Virus record (IMG/VR): IMGVR_UViG_3300029911_000006
Reading direction: 5' to 3' (one strand)
Length of the DNA stretch: 64,000 nucleotides
Source: a virus
Taxonomy: Duplodnaviria; Heunggongvirae; Uroviricota; Caudoviricetes
Shown here: positions 44,266-53,814 of the stretch, one piece after another
Layout: each line of letters opens with the position of its first letter
How positions within the stretch are numbered: the first letter of the stretch is position 1
Made by a program: the position numbers and the translations under genes
Notes under the pieces: generated by a model
Databases searched by the model: none
The model's input: the letters and a program-made list of their open reading frames with translations, nothing else
Told to the model about the DNA's origin: nothing

Positions 44266-44521
44266 TTACAGCTATCTCCAATTTGCCAATATGGCACTCT
44301 CTTGTAAGAGAGTCCGCGAGGACTCCACTACATATAAATACTGAGTCAACCGCCTTCAGGAGGATGCCTATGAAGTTTTTGCTACCATTCGCCCCCACCG
44401 CTGTTCTAACCAAGGGATTCGAGAGGGATACGCCTAAACTTGCAACCTGCTAGGAAGGGGTGATTCAAAATCTACCGGGTGCCCTTGGCGGTGATGTTGA
44501 CCTTACCAAGGGCATTCGTGT

Positions 44522-45067
44522 CTATGCACCCTGTGGAGCCGGTACCCACGAGGTACCGAACATTTCCTTCAGCTTAGCCAATGACATCTTCGCGGCCCTG
44601 CCCTTCTCCCCTTCGACATCCAGAATCGTAATGTAAGCCATCGAAATACGACACAGACCCCACACTCCTCCGTTCACACCAAAGATAAACGCATAGCGCG
44701 AGACCCCCTGTCCCGGAAGCAGAGCCAGTGTCGTGATGACTGCTGTAAGAGCAATCCACACGATGCGGAAGCCAAACTCTATAGGTCCGATACGACGTAC
44801 GGTACGAGCGGCCTTGGGCTCCCTATGTTCTCTCCACATAAACCAGCCGACGAGCACGTCACCGGGGATTTCCCACCCTATCGAACCGATAGGGTGGGAC
44901 GTGTGCATGGTGACCGCGATAATGTAGATGTCGAGGGCACAGCAGAGAATGTAGAGAGCAAACACAACCTGTTCCACTCGCTTCTGTGAGAGGAAACACC
45001 AGTCTTGCAGGAAAACTACTATCCTGTCGTAGACGGAAATCACGATGTCATCAAATTCTTTGAGCAT
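44522..45067 (-). CDS. polytopic membrane protein (181 aa)
   Basis: Multiple hydrophobic segments. Confidence 0.55.
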   Translation of the reverse strand: MLKEFDDIVISVYDRIVVFLQDWCFLSQKRVEQVVFALYILCCALDIYIIAVTMHTSHPIGSIGWEIPGDVLVGWFMWREHREPKAARTVRRIGPIEFGFRIVWIALTAVITTLALLPGQGVSRYAFIFGVNGGVWGLCRISMAYITILDVEGEKGRAAKMSLAKLKEMFGTSWVPAPQGA

Positions 45068-45070
45068 GGC

Positions 45071-45847
45071 TTATACCGTAATCGTCTTTTCAAAGTGTGC
45101 TGCAAGTCCACCACCGGCCAACCGGATAAGCCATCCGTCGGAGCCAATCTTAGTATCCCCACGCTTGGTGGCGAACATGGGTTCGATGGCGATACGCATA
45201 CCCTTCTCCAGCTTCACCGGAGCGATGTCAGGTACTATGGCATGGTAATCACTACGATTACTCGGGCGGTCAGGATGACCCATCGGCTTCCAGTCTTCCC
45301 GCTTCTCCATGTGGTAGGTAACCTCATTCGGGATGAAGGGCTCCATATGAAGCTCGGTGCCGATACCGTGTCCACCATAGCCGTGGATGACCGCAAGCTC
45401 TTCACGCTTGGCTACCGCTTCAATGGCCTTGCCGATGTCGTGCGTGGTGTTTCCCGGCTTCGCCATGTGGATGCCAGCCTGAAGGGCCTCTTGCGTGGCC
45501 TTGAGGAGCCTACGGGCGATGCCTGAGCCCTTACCGATGAGAATGGTCGTAGCTCCGTCATCATATTGCCCCTCGGTATCCTTGGTGCCGATATCCAACT
45601 TGATAACGTCGCCGTCTTCAAACGGACGCTCATCCGGGATGCCATGGATGACTTCCTCATTGATGCTTACGCACATCACGCTCGGATAGGCGTTGCCCTT
45701 GAAGCCGTTCGGCTTATAGCCAAGGAACGCCGGTTCAACCTTGAACACCTTCATGAGGTTGGCAGCTTGAGCTTCAAGCTGCTTGCCGGTTGCTCCCTCC
45801 ACTGTCATTGCCGCGAGGATATCAAGGATGCTTTCGAGGACTGTCAT
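45071..45847 (-). CDS. map: methionine aminopeptidase (type I MetAP)
   Basis: SVMCVSINEEVIHGIPDERPFEDGDVIKLDIG and the downstream HGIGTELH and E-rich metal ligand pattern. AGGAG Shine-Dalgarno. Confidence 0.85.
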   Translation of the reverse strand: MTVLESILDILAAMTVEGATGKQLEAQAANLMKVFKVEPAFLGYKPNGFKGNAYPSVMCVSINEEVIHGIPDERPFEDGDVIKLDIGTKDTEGQYDDGATTILIGKGSGIARRLLKATQEALQAGIHMAKPGNTTHDIGKAIEAVAKREELAVIHGYGGHGIGTELHMEPFIPNEVTYHMEKREDWKPMGHPDRPSNRSDYHAIVPDIAPVKLEKGMRIAIEPMFATKRGDTKIGSDGWLIRLAGGGLAAHFEKTITV

Positions 45848-46077
45848 TTTTCTCCTGAGACGTACTGTGGTGCTAAAGGTTTGTGGTCAGCGGTTTCGGT
45901 GAACCATTGAGCGTGACATTCAACACACTCCCACGCCAAATAGTCCTCCCAGCGAAAGGTGTGCGGCCCTATCTTGAGTAGAACACGAGGGCGGTGAGCA
46001 CTGAGACACTTCACGCAGTTTGAACGGAAGGGCTCTATTTTTATTTCTCTGACCGGGGTTTTCATCATGATGTTCAT
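45844..46077 (-). CDS. small zinc-binding protein (77 aa)
   Basis: CVKC...CVEC. ATGA overlap with map. Confidence 0.45.
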   Translation of the reverse strand: MNIMMKTPVREIKIEPFRSNCVKCLSAHRPRVLLKIGPHTFRWEDYLAWECVECHAQWFTETADHKPLAPQYVSGEK

Positions 46078-46110
46078 TTGAACTTACTGAGGACTTTGAG
46101 CATGAATCCT

Positions 46111-46302
46111 TTAGTCTCCCTTCTGAACTATCTTGTAACAGTCTTCGCACTGGTAGTAATCGTCTTCGTCAACCATACTCATGAACCACTTGGTGTTCAC
46201 GTGAGGGCAGAGAAGTTGCGCCAACCACATAGGCCAGACCGTGATACGAGCCTGCTTGCTCCGCCGCCACCAGCGGGTGGGTGGTGTATATGGTTGTATC
46301 AT
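46111..46302 (-). CDS. small protein (63 aa)
   Basis: ATGA-coupled to an upstream 35-aa zinc-finger micro-ORF (about 46303..46410). Confidence 0.35.
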   Translation of the reverse strand: MIQPYTPPTRWWRRSKQARITVWPMWLAQLLCPHVNTKWFMSMVDEDDYYQCEDCYKIVQKGD

Positions 46303-46437
46303 TCTTCACCCCTTGGAACTCCGCCGATGCGACCACATCCGTCACATGGGTGTGTGATGTGGTGCAGACAACCCGGATGGTCACAGGGCTGACCCGGCTT
46401 CGGCATCTTTTTCGGACGTATGACCCACTCCACGGGC

Positions 46438-46764
46438 TCAGACATAGAGCCTCGCGAGTTTGATGAGAGCCGCCTCTACCACAGAGGGAGGCTGAACAGT
46501 GTCTATGTTGGACTGGAGCCAAGCGAGGATGGAGTTGACCGGGAACTTTTGAGGGATGAATTCGAACATGAAGGACATCCCCAACACAGCGGCTCCGTCC
46601 ACACCGTCACCCCATGATGGAGGGACGCTATCAATACCACGTACCAACAAACTCAGTTGGTGCAGCCGGTCACCACACACCTTGAACTCAGTGGGAGCCT
46701 TGGTGTCCCCATTGACGATAGTGACCGGAGTGTAGTCGAGCTTGGAAGCTTGTTCGATGTTCAT
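46438..46764 (-). CDS. hypothetical protein (108 aa)
   Basis: GAGGTGAAACC-ATG Shine-Dalgarno. Confidence 0.5.
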   Translation of the reverse strand: MNIEQASKLDYTPVTIVNGDTKAPTEFKVCGDRLHQLSLLVRGIDSVPPSWGDGVDGAAVLGMSFMFEFIPQKFPVNSILAWLQSNIDTVQPPSVVEAALIKLARLYV

Positions 46765-46768
46765 GGTT

Positions 46769-47371
46769 TCACCTCATTTCCCATGCGGCAAAGGTGGGAT
46801 TGTCGTGCAGGAACATAGCCATGAACTCGCCTAGCCGGTAAACCCCCTGATGATCGCTATTATTAGCGGGGTGGGCAGGGCTATTCCAGTAGTCATCCCC
46901 CTGTAAAGTGTCACAGCGCCCAGCGTGGAACACTTCATGCATCAGGTTCACCCTCAGCGTTTGGGGGTTTTCAGTTGGGATATAAGTAATAACATGGTGT
47001 TCACAATAAGTCTGCGCGTTGATGGAGGTCACCATAACACCCGGTGGGGTACCTTCAATGTCGGTATAATGGTTGACCTTTACCACCAACCATTTGCGCC
47101 CGTTGATGTACAGTAGGTTTGGTACTCCGTTCTCATCAACAGCACTGGTGTATGCATAACTCCCTCCGATACCGGTACCGTCCATGCGGAAGTCCTGCCA
47201 TGTGGCAGCTTTCATAGCTGATAGCATACGGTTTTTGTGAAGGGTGAAGTATACATCAAACATTGCGTTGACTAGAACTATGAAAGCGAGTGTAACCAAC
47301 ACTATACGCCGCAATCGCGCTGTCCGCTTTTCTTGTAGTATCCGTGCATTAAAACTAATAGGCTTCTTCAT
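46769..47371 (-). CDS. membrane-anchored putative zinc metallopeptidase (HEVFH)
   Basis: Signal-anchor TM helix plus an HExxH motif. Confidence 0.45.
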   Translation of the reverse strand: MKKPISFNARILQEKRTARLRRIVLVTLAFIVLVNAMFDVYFTLHKNRMLSAMKAATWQDFRMDGTGIGGSYAYTSAVDENGVPNLLYINGRKWLVVKVNHYTDIEGTPPGVMVTSINAQTYCEHHVITYIPTENPQTLRVNLMHEVFHAGRCDTLQGDDYWNSPAHPANNSDHQGVYRLGEFMAMFLHDNPTFAAWEMR

Positions 47372-47379
47372 ACTCATCC

Positions 47380-47862
47380 TTAGTGTTCGGACAAAGAATG
47401 TCCACGAATCATGAGATTTCTCGACTTGAGCAAAGCAGCCCACTGATTGCGGTTGCCGATGTCCGACCGAGACAGGAGACCATACCCCTCTTCCGCCTTG
47501 GTGAGCTTGCGAAACTTGCGATAGAACGGATAGTTTGAACCTACCAAAGCTTCCTTGCGATGTAAAATGGGCGGATTGGTGCGAGTTGAATAATCGGTGA
47601 TGCAAAGCTGTTTCTGTTCCAGCATGACTTTAATACTGTACTTGAGTGCAGGATGCGCGTCGGTGTTGAAGGTGGGATAGCGAAGAAGGCAGACGTGGGT
47701 TCCATCATGTGCAATCTTCGCTATGTCATAATCAAATTCTCCTGCGATAATTAGAGCCATCGCCAGCATCATTCTCTTATCGTCGGGGAGATTCCGTGTG
47801 TTGCTCTTGTGGATGTAGGTGTGAGAGGTTAGGCTCTTACCCACCGCGTGCGGCTTTCTCAT
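47380..47862 (-). CDS. hypothetical protein (160 aa)
   Basis: GAGG Shine-Dalgarno after a triple stop. Confidence 0.5.
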   Translation of the reverse strand: MRKPHAVGKSLTSHTYIHKSNTRNLPDDKRMMLAMALIIAGEFDYDIAKIAHDGTHVCLLRYPTFNTDAHPALKYSIKVMLEQKQLCITDYSTRTNPPILHRKEALVGSNYPFYRKFRKLTKAEEGYGLLSRSDIGNRNQWAALLKSRNLMIRGHSLSEH

Positions 47863-47875
47863 CAGGGCCTCATTA

Positions 47876-48433
47876 TTACCAAATCAGGTTATGCAGATTG
47901 AGGTACTTGGCGGGAACCGTGTCAGTCAGCCACACGCCATTAGGGGCAAGATAGAAGGATAAACCCTCTTCATGCATTGCGGCTGCATCGACAGGTACCA
48001 CTATAGGGTTACCATGTCGCGACCCTACTGTCCGTGCGGTGTCACACAGAGCGGAAAGATGGACGTGCTGCCGCTTGCCCTTGAGCAAGCCCTGCTTTTT
48101 GATTGAGTCGAGAAACCGGGTGGCGGTTCCGTGGTAGAGAATGCCGGGAGGGATAACGACCTCGTACTTCAGGTCTACCTCAATACTGTGACCTTGCACG
48201 GCCCGGATAGATTTTCCGTCGTCCGAGAACTGGAACCGCTTCTTGTCGTTGTCTTCCACGACTTCATCGAGTTCCTCGCGATTGATTTTATATCCCTTAC
48301 TCGCCAGACCAGTCAACAGGTTGGATACGGTACACCAACCATCTGAAGTAAGAGTGAGGGAAGCCTCTTCAGGTTTATGCCGGAGTACAAGACTCATGAA
48401 CCTGCTCGTTCGGACTAGGGCTTTGTTATCCAT
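47876..48433 (-). CDS. kptA: RNA 2'-phosphotransferase Tpt1/KptA
   Basis: Near-colinear match to E. coli KptA: SRFMSLVLRHKPE, DKKRFQFSDDGKSIRAVQGHS, LYHGTATRFLDSIKKQGL, HVHLS, NGVWLT. Confidence 0.9.
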   Translation of the reverse strand: MDNKALVRTSRFMSLVLRHKPEEASLTLTSDGWCTVSNLLTGLASKGYKINREELDEVVEDNDKKRFQFSDDGKSIRAVQGHSIEVDLKYEVVIPPGILYHGTATRFLDSIKKQGLLKGKRQHVHLSALCDTARTVGSRHGNPIVVPVDAAAMHEEGLSFYLAPNGVWLTDTVPAKYLNLHNLIW

Positions 48434-48440
48434 GTCAAGG

Positions 48441-48476
48441 TGATTGTACCACAGTCTTACAAAAGTTCAACCTCAA
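48441..48476 (-). promoter_or_regulatory. sigma70-type promoter TTGAAC-N16-TACAAT upstream of kptA
   Basis: Minus strand reads TTGAACTTTTGTAAGACTGTGGTACAATCACCTTGACATG. Confidence 0.45.
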
Positions 48477-48645
48477 GTATCGCCCTCTCGTACTCCTCGA
48501 CTTCGGAGTGCCAACTCTCAGCGTAGGTCTCCATGATACCACTCTTGGAGTCCGGCCAGTCGCCGTACACTGTGGTCTCCATCTCATGAGTTGAGATGTC
48601 GTCGCCATGACGCTTCAGGTACGTGAGTCGGAGTCGGAACATCAC
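48457..48645 (-). CDS. small protein (62 aa)
   Basis: Track ORF. Confidence 0.4.
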   Translation of the reverse strand: MMFRLRLTYLKRHGDDISTHEMETTVYGDWPDSKSGIMETYAESWHSEVEEYERAILEVELL

Positions 48646-48970
48646 ACCTCGATGAGGGCCGATGACTGGTAGGGTTTGAACTCATCGAAGAATTCGCCTA
48701 GTTTCCCTTTGAACTTCTTCGACCGCACCGTGTGATTCCGCCAGTTCACACCGGCCTTCGTCAGACGGATAGCCGCACATTGAGACCACCACACCATGGG
48801 GGAGGGTCGTTTCCCTTAGAGAGAATGTTGCGACAAGCCAACAGGTCGAGGACTAGGCTTCGCTTTGCTTCACCAATCTCGGCTGCTGTGTACTTAGGAT
48901 TTGAGAACACTTGCTTGACCTGACCACGTGGGTACATCTTTCGTGCCATTTTATCTGCCCAGTCTTCCAT

Positions 48971-49306
48971 TTATCGCCTACCAGCCTTGGCGTCCCGCTC
49001 GGCTCTAAACTCTTGGATGGTCGGGCCGATGTAGCGGACAAGCTTGCGGGTACCATCCTCTTCCCTGACGTAGAACGCATCGGGAGGGAGTTCCATCAGG
49101 GCGTCTTCCAAAGATTTTTGGGTGGACTTCATAGCTTCAAGAGCGTGGACGGCGACGAACACGGTAGCTTCATCTTCACTGAAACCGTTGACTGTCGCCA
49201 TGTCAAAGCACCGTTGTGCGACGTGCTCGGTAGTGCATAGCAACCTGAGTCGTTCACGGTAGCCTTCAAGTATACCGGCCTTCAGAGCGGTGTCCATGGG
49301 TTCCAT
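48971..49306 (-). CDS. hypothetical protein (about 111 aa from MEPMD)
   Basis: Track ORF. The start was chosen to avoid the tRNA. Confidence 0.45.
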   Translation of the reverse strand: MEPMDTALKAGILEGYRERLRLLCTTEHVAQRCFDMATVNGFSEDEATVFVAVHALEAMKSTQKSLEDALMELPPDAFYVREEDGTRKLVRYIGPTIQEFRAERDAKAGRR

Positions 49307-49322
49307 TTGCTCTCCTGAAATA

Positions 49323-49409
49323 TGGTGACCCCGGCAGGATTCGAACCTGCGATGTGCTTTCACACGCGAGTTTAGGAAACTCGTGCCTTGTCCGCTAGAC
49401 TACGGGGTC
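49323..49409 (-). tRNA. tRNA with anticodon CCU (Arg) but a 16-nt class-II-type variable arm; A73
   Basis: Hand-folded: acceptor GACCCCG/CGGGGTC, D GTCT/AGGC, anticodon stem CGAGT/ACTCG with loop TTCCTAA, variable CGTGTGAAAGCACATC, T-arm GCAGG-TTCGAAT-CCTGC, CCA encoded. Confidence 0.65.
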
Positions 49410-49425
49410 AAACTTGTATTCTACT

Positions 49426-49680
49426 CTACAACCAATGCTTCAGGTAGTTGTCTGGGAACTTATTCTTGGAGCGAACCTCGGTGATGTCCGCTTCCGGGTC
49501 GCCCAACTTATCCAGAGCTACCAAGTCTTCAGCCAGACCGGCACGGTGACGGCTGTGAATGAACTTCTTCAGCCCTGCGGTGTTGCGGCGTTCGCCCTTC
49601 TTGCCGCAGCAAAAGTCGGCTCCCATCGCTGGGGGAAACTTCTCAGCCTTGAACCCGCGTTGGTGATTCGTCTTGCTCAT
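49426..49680 (-). CDS. hypothetical protein (84 aa)
   Basis: GGAGAGG Shine-Dalgarno. Confidence 0.5.
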   Translation of the reverse strand: MSKTNHQRGFKAEKFPPAMGADFCCGKKGERRNTAGLKKFIHSRHRAGLAEDLVALDKLGDPEADITEVRSKNKFPDNYLKHWL

Positions 49681-50020
49681 CGTCCTCTCCAGCTACTTCC
49701 TTGAGCGTATCCATGAAGTCCACCGGCTTCCAGCCAGCCGCTTCCATAATCTCCGGGAACGTACCGTTCGCCTTCTCCGTGGGAACAACCACCCACTCAC
49801 ATGCACAACCCGGCCACAGGCTGGGGAATATGCCTTGGTTCTCCATCTCCTCGGTCATCTCCACGCCGTCGAGAGCCGCCTGTCGGTCTTGCTTACACGA
49901 TCCACACATCCCAGCGAAGATGTACTCTTCTGCTGCTTCTTGAGACTCAAAGCCGGAGCGGGATGGGTTGGGCTCGTCAGATTCTCGTGCCGGGAGGTAC
50001 AGTGCGGAAAAATCAGGCAT
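49643..50020 (-). CDS. hypothetical acidic protein
   Basis: Track ORF. The start is uncertain. Confidence 0.35.
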   Translation of the reverse strand: MPDFSALYLPARESDEPNPSRSGFESQEAAEEYIFAGMCGSCKQDRQAALDGVEMTEEMENQGIFPSLWPGCACEWVVVPTEKANGTFPEIMEAAGWKPVDFMDTLKEVAGEDDEQDESPTRVQG

Positions 50021-50240
50021 TCGTATCACCAATCAGGTACAGGTTATTGTCGCTCGACCCACAAACTGCGATGCCGTCCAGATACCACTTACACTCTTGA
50101 GACCCGATGGTGCCGACCAGCCGGGGGCACTCTTCAAAATCCACCATGTGAAGGCTCGTTACCCTGCGCCCGTCCATTGTCTCCGCCTCGGTGATCCCTC
50201 GTGTCGGCACTACCACCGTACTTACATCTAGGTTATTCAT
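50013..50240 (-). CDS. hypothetical protein (75 aa from MNNLD)
   Basis: The track ORF was trimmed to avoid the tRNA-like gene. Confidence 0.4.
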   Translation of the reverse strand: MNNLDVSTVVVPTRGITEAETMDGRRVTSLHMVDFEECPRLVGTIGSQECKWYLDGIAVCGSSDNNLYLIGDTNA

Positions 50241-50252
50241 ACTAGCTAATAC

Positions 50253-50335
50253 TGGAGGGCGCGACAGGATTCGAACCTGCATTTTCAATTCCACTTACGT
50301 TTAACGACTTAGAAGGTCGCCTCGATTACACACCC
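50253..50335 (-). tRNA. tRNA-like gene with an Arg(UCU)-type anticodon arm; atypical or degenerate D region
   Basis: Clear T-arm GCAGG-TTCGAAT-CCTGT and CCA. Acceptor GGGTGTG/CGCGCCC with two G-U pairs. Anticodon arm GCGAC-CTTCTAA-GTCGT is identical to the tRNA at 56750..56825. The D arm is too short. Confidence 0.4.
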
Positions 50336-50341
50336 CAAAGG

Positions 50342-50539
50342 TTACGCTGCGATGTCTGTGGTTCTCTCGTTCTTGGATGACCTTACACACATCTTGGGTG
50401 CGTGAGACACGTTGACGAACGTGTCCCACTTCCCTTTGCACGCACACGTGTTGGGGTCTACCTTGTGCTCATCATCGCCCAGCAAGTCCTGCAACTTGGT
50501 CTGGCCGAAGAGCATACGTACGATAGGTGTGATAAACAT
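50342..50539 (-). CDS. small protein (65 aa)
   Basis: AGGAGAA Shine-Dalgarno. Confidence 0.5.
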   Translation of the reverse strand: MFITPIVRMLFGQTKLQDLLGDDEHKVDPNTCACKGKWDTFVNVSHAPKMCVRSSKNERTTDIAA

Positions 50540-50587
50540 ATGTGTTCTCCTGTCAGTTGAATTCGTTTATAATGCGTGGATGAAACA

Positions 50588-50809
50588 TCAGGATGCCTTG
50601 ACGAAGGTCCCGCCATCCAGAGCCTTGCGAATGTACCGCATGAGAGTAATGGCCTTCTCGGTTGAGTTCAAGGTGGCTCCGCCAATGTCTTCGAGCGAGA
50701 CGGGAAAGGCATATTCGACGCCATCCACCGTTACGTTGTAAAAGGCGTTACCCGTCCTATAGAACGAAAACCTTGCGGTGTTGTCCTTCACAATCTTCTT
50801 GATGTCCAT
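50588..50809 (-). CDS. hypothetical protein (73 aa from MDIKK)
   Basis: AGGAAGGATG Shine-Dalgarno. Confidence 0.45.
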   Translation of the reverse strand: MDIKKIVKDNTARFSFYRTGNAFYNVTVDGVEYAFPVSLEDIGGATLNSTEKAITLMRYIRKALDGGTFVKAS

Positions 50810-50885
50810 ATGCTCATCCTTCCTTTCAGTTTGACTACTCAGCCATGCAGCTTTGTCTAGACCTATGCCTCGGTCTGAGTGGCTT

Positions 50886-51104
50886 CTAACGATGTCCCTT
50901 ATCTCCGACACTCATGACTCCTTCAACGTACTGCTCTTGCAGATACCTGTCTACTTCTTGGTCAATCTCAGCCATGGACTTCATGATGAACGCTTCGGTT
51001 TCGAGGTCACCACGGTTATGGGCTTCAGCCGCCTTGTCCATCATGCTCGACTTTACGTAGGCCCGGATTTCTTCGAAGAGAGAGATTTTGTTTGCGTCTG
51101 CCAT
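50886..51104 (-). CDS. hypothetical protein (72 aa)
   Basis: Track ORF. Confidence 0.45.
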   Translation of the reverse strand: MADANKISLFEEIRAYVKSSMMDKAAEAHNRGDLETEAFIMKSMAEIDQEVDRYLQEQYVEGVMSVGDKGHR

Positions 51105-51157
51105 ACTCTCTAATACGGAGACTCAGGGGAGTCTTACGACTCCCCCTCGTGATTGCC

Positions 51158-51727
51158 CTAGTGGTCGAGTTCTACGTTCCAGTAAGCCCAAGATGCCTTT
51201 TCAGCGTACAACCACTGCTGCCACTCAGTCCACTCAGGCCGAATCTGCTTGATGTGGAGTTTGAAATTGAACTTCGGGTCGTCAACCTTCGGTACGAACG
51301 GCTGACGGAGCAGCGGCATACGAGCCTGTTCAGGCGTCATGCCAGCCTTCGCCTTGTTGCAGCGAGAGCAAGCGGCTACGACGTTAGTCCAGACAGTGAT
51401 ACCACCCTGACACCGGGGCTTGACGTGCTCCACCTGAAACTCCTGAGTGGAGACGTGCTTACCGCAGTATTGGCAAGTACCCTCGTCACGCATGTAGATG
51501 TTGCGACGAGAACACGGAACAGCAAGGCGACGACGCTTGTGCCAAGCGTTCTTTACCTGAATGACACGGGGCATACCCATCTCGAAAGAAGGGCTGCGAA
51601 GCATCCGCCCACCCTCATCTTCCTTGACGATGTTAGCGCGGTCTTCCCAGTACAGCTTGACCGCATTCTTCCAACTCATGAAGCCAACCGGCTTCCAGTT
51701 TATGTCCAAAACGAGAGTGTCATTCAT
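51158..51727 (-). CDS. HNH endonuclease (McrA-like)
   Basis: CQYCGK...EHVKPRCQGG...NVVAACSRCNKAK. Confidence 0.7.
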   Translation of the reverse strand: MNDTLVLDINWKPVGFMSWKNAVKLYWEDRANIVKEDEGGRMLRSPSFEMGMPRVIQVKNAWHKRRRLAVPCSRRNIYMRDEGTCQYCGKHVSTQEFQVEHVKPRCQGGITVWTNVVAACSRCNKAKAGMTPEQARMPLLRQPFVPKVDDPKFNFKLHIKQIRPEWTEWQQWLYAEKASWAYWNVELDH

Positions 51728-51820
51728 AGAACGCTCCTATCACCTAATGCTGTTTCATGTTGTCCCCCTTGCACGGGTGGGTTCTCGCGAACCCTTCTTC
51801 GGATGGTGTTGCAACTACAG

Positions 51821-52252
51821 TCAAACTCTTTCGACGGAAATCAGGTTCCCGCCCTCGAAGACGGCATTGTACTCAAACCACTCCGCCTCCGGTACTTCAA
51901 TCTCATTGCCCTCGTCATCCCTCGTGGTGGTCTTGCCTTCCGCGAAGTTGACGAAGAATAGCATCCCGCTATTTGCATCGCCGTAAAAGTTCAAGGTGCC
52001 GGTAAAGTCTACGAGGCCCCAGCAGATGTGAATCCGGGTCATGCATCCGACCAGCTTCATCAAGCCTTCGGCGTTCGGGTCGGAACGGTCTTCAACGTCG
52101 TAGTCCGATAGCACCAACTGGCCTTGCTCAGTAATCTGGTAGTCGTCAAAGAACCCAAGGTCAACCAAGCTCTTCGTCTGGAACTCTATACCAGAGGGGT
52201 CGGGCAATCCCGGTAGTGGGTACTCGCAACGTATTTTATCATACATACCCAT
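51821..52252 (-). CDS. hypothetical protein (143 aa)
   Basis: Track ORF. Confidence 0.5.
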   Translation of the reverse strand: MGMYDKIRCEYPLPGLPDPSGIEFQTKSLVDLGFFDDYQITEQGQLVLSDYDVEDRSDPNAEGLMKLVGCMTRIHICWGLVDFTGTLNFYGDANSGMLFFVNFAEGKTTTRDDEGNEIEVPEAEWFEYNAVFEGGNLISVERV

Positions 52253-52258
52253 AAGTTT

Positions 52259-52334
52259 TTGGTGCAGACGGTGGGAGTTGAACCCACAACCATTCGATTA
52301 AGAGTCGAGTGCTCTGCCAGTTGAGCTACGTCTG
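52259..52334 (-). tRNA. tRNA-Lys (anticodon CUU)
   Basis: Acceptor GCAGACG/CGTCTGC, D GCTC/GAGC, anticodon loop CTCTTAA, T-arm GTGGG-TTCAACT-CCCAC, CCA. Confidence 0.85.
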
Positions 52335-52352
52335 CGTCTCCTACTATAGGGT

Positions 52353-52730
52353 CTAAAAGCTTTCAATTCGTTCAACCACGTCGCTGTCCCAAATGCATCC
52401 ACTAGCACAGTCCCACGTGTAATACCACATCATAGACAGCCGGTGCCGCCGCTGGTACGGGGCGATGATGATGCCCTGATACTTGGCTGCTACCTTCTTC
52501 CATTCAATACCCGTTGCACTGGGAAACTGTAAGGAAGTAAATCGGTAATTCTCAGCAAAATCTTCTAGCTGGGACTCGGTGGAGATGTGGAGGATGTTGG
52601 CGTCAGGCTTGAGTACGACCCTATGCACCAGCTTACCGATACCAAAATCCTCCGCAGCACACCAACTGGCCCAGTCATGTTCGCCCTGCACCGAAACCCA
52701 AAGCGGGTTTATACTGCCAGCCTTCCCCAT
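52353..52730 (-). CDS. hypothetical protein (125 aa)
   Basis: Track ORF. Confidence 0.5.
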   Translation of the reverse strand: MGKAGSINPLWVSVQGEHDWASWCAAEDFGIGKLVHRVVLKPDANILHISTESQLEDFAENYRFTSLQFPSATGIEWKKVAAKYQGIIIAPYQRRHRLSMMWYYTWDCASGCIWDSDVVERIESF

Positions 52731-52798
52731 CTAGTTGCTTCCGCGACCATACATTCAGGAGAGGTTGATTGCTGTGGTGCAGAAGAATCATGACATCC

Positions 52799-53647
52799 TC
52801 AGAAATCGTTGTCGAGTGGAGGAAGAACTTCCGCTCTCGCCAACCTCTCTTGTCTCCAAGAGTTTATCATGCCCTCAAGTGCTCTTACAACAGAATTCAT
52901 GTCGCACTTGTAGAACCCCGCACTCGCCGTCGAGTTCACTTCGAGTACACTACACTCATCGCCGGTTATACTTACATCAAGTACATACGTGGCCGAGATG
53001 GGTGTCTCTCCAAGCTCCGCCATCCTCTGTGCGAACTGCATCATCGGATAGAAGAATGCGTTGGTGGAGTCTATCCTCGCGTACATTACCTCGCCGAAAC
53101 TACGGTACACACTTCCCGTTACAACCCTGCCGTCCACGACGAAGAATCTTGCCTCGTGGTCAATCGGCTTCGGTGGTGCGAACATAACCGGGGTGTCTCC
53201 TGTGATGGAGCAGTACCCTGTCTTTGCCAGTTCAACGATACGGTCACGCCAAGGCACCATGTCCTCCGGCGTCATCAGACCACCGTTGAATACCTTGGTG
53301 TCATGCACCGGGCGGACGAACATCGGCTCCGTGAAGTCCATCTCACTGAACTTGCAGTACGTCGCGTCGTGGTTGAAGAAGTTGCGACCGAACCGTACTC
53401 CGTGCTGCTGCATGTCGAACTCAGGGCCTTGAAACGCACCGGGCTTCCAGCCACGCTCAGTAGCGATACGGGCCAACCCCATCGAGCCCCAGACCATCAC
53501 ATCCTCATCCGGGTCGAAGTCTACCTCTGGCTGCAAATGCTCCCGGACGCTGACGATGGTGTACTTGCTGTCGTTCGCATCCAATGCGTCGAGCAGCCCT
53601 TTGAAACCGAACTCGTTGAACAACCCTGCCTGTACTACGTGCTGCAT
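52799..53647 (-). CDS. hypothetical protein, tentatively ATP-grasp-like (282 aa)
   Basis: RFFVVDGRVVTGSVYR...VLDVSITGDECSVLEVN blocks resemble an ATP-grasp C-terminal domain, like 34650..35438. Confidence 0.35.
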   Translation of the reverse strand: MQHVVQAGLFNEFGFKGLLDALDANDSKYTIVSVREHLQPEVDFDPDEDVMVWGSMGLARIATERGWKPGAFQGPEFDMQQHGVRFGRNFFNHDATYCKFSEMDFTEPMFVRPVHDTKVFNGGLMTPEDMVPWRDRIVELAKTGYCSITGDTPVMFAPPKPIDHEARFFVVDGRVVTGSVYRSFGEVMYARIDSTNAFFYPMMQFAQRMAELGETPISATYVLDVSITGDECSVLEVNSTASAGFYKCDMNSVVRALEGMINSWRQERLARAEVLPPLDNDF

Positions 53648-53814
53648 ATCTTCCCTTCCAACTCTTGAAACCTTTCCCACTTCGGGCCGTTGTAAATGAG
53701 ATGGTAGCCACCCCACATGCCCAGAACTTGAAGTCCGTAATACTCTAAGGTCTCTTCCTTGCTGAGACCCGGCAGCGGATACGTTGGGGTCTCCCGTACG
53801 TATTCTTCACTCAT
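53635..53814 (-). CDS. small protein
   Basis: Track ORF. GAGG Shine-Dalgarno. Confidence 0.4.
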   Translation of the reverse strand: MSEEYVRETPTYPLPGLSKEETLEYYGLQVLGMWGGYHLIYNGPKWERFQELEGKICST

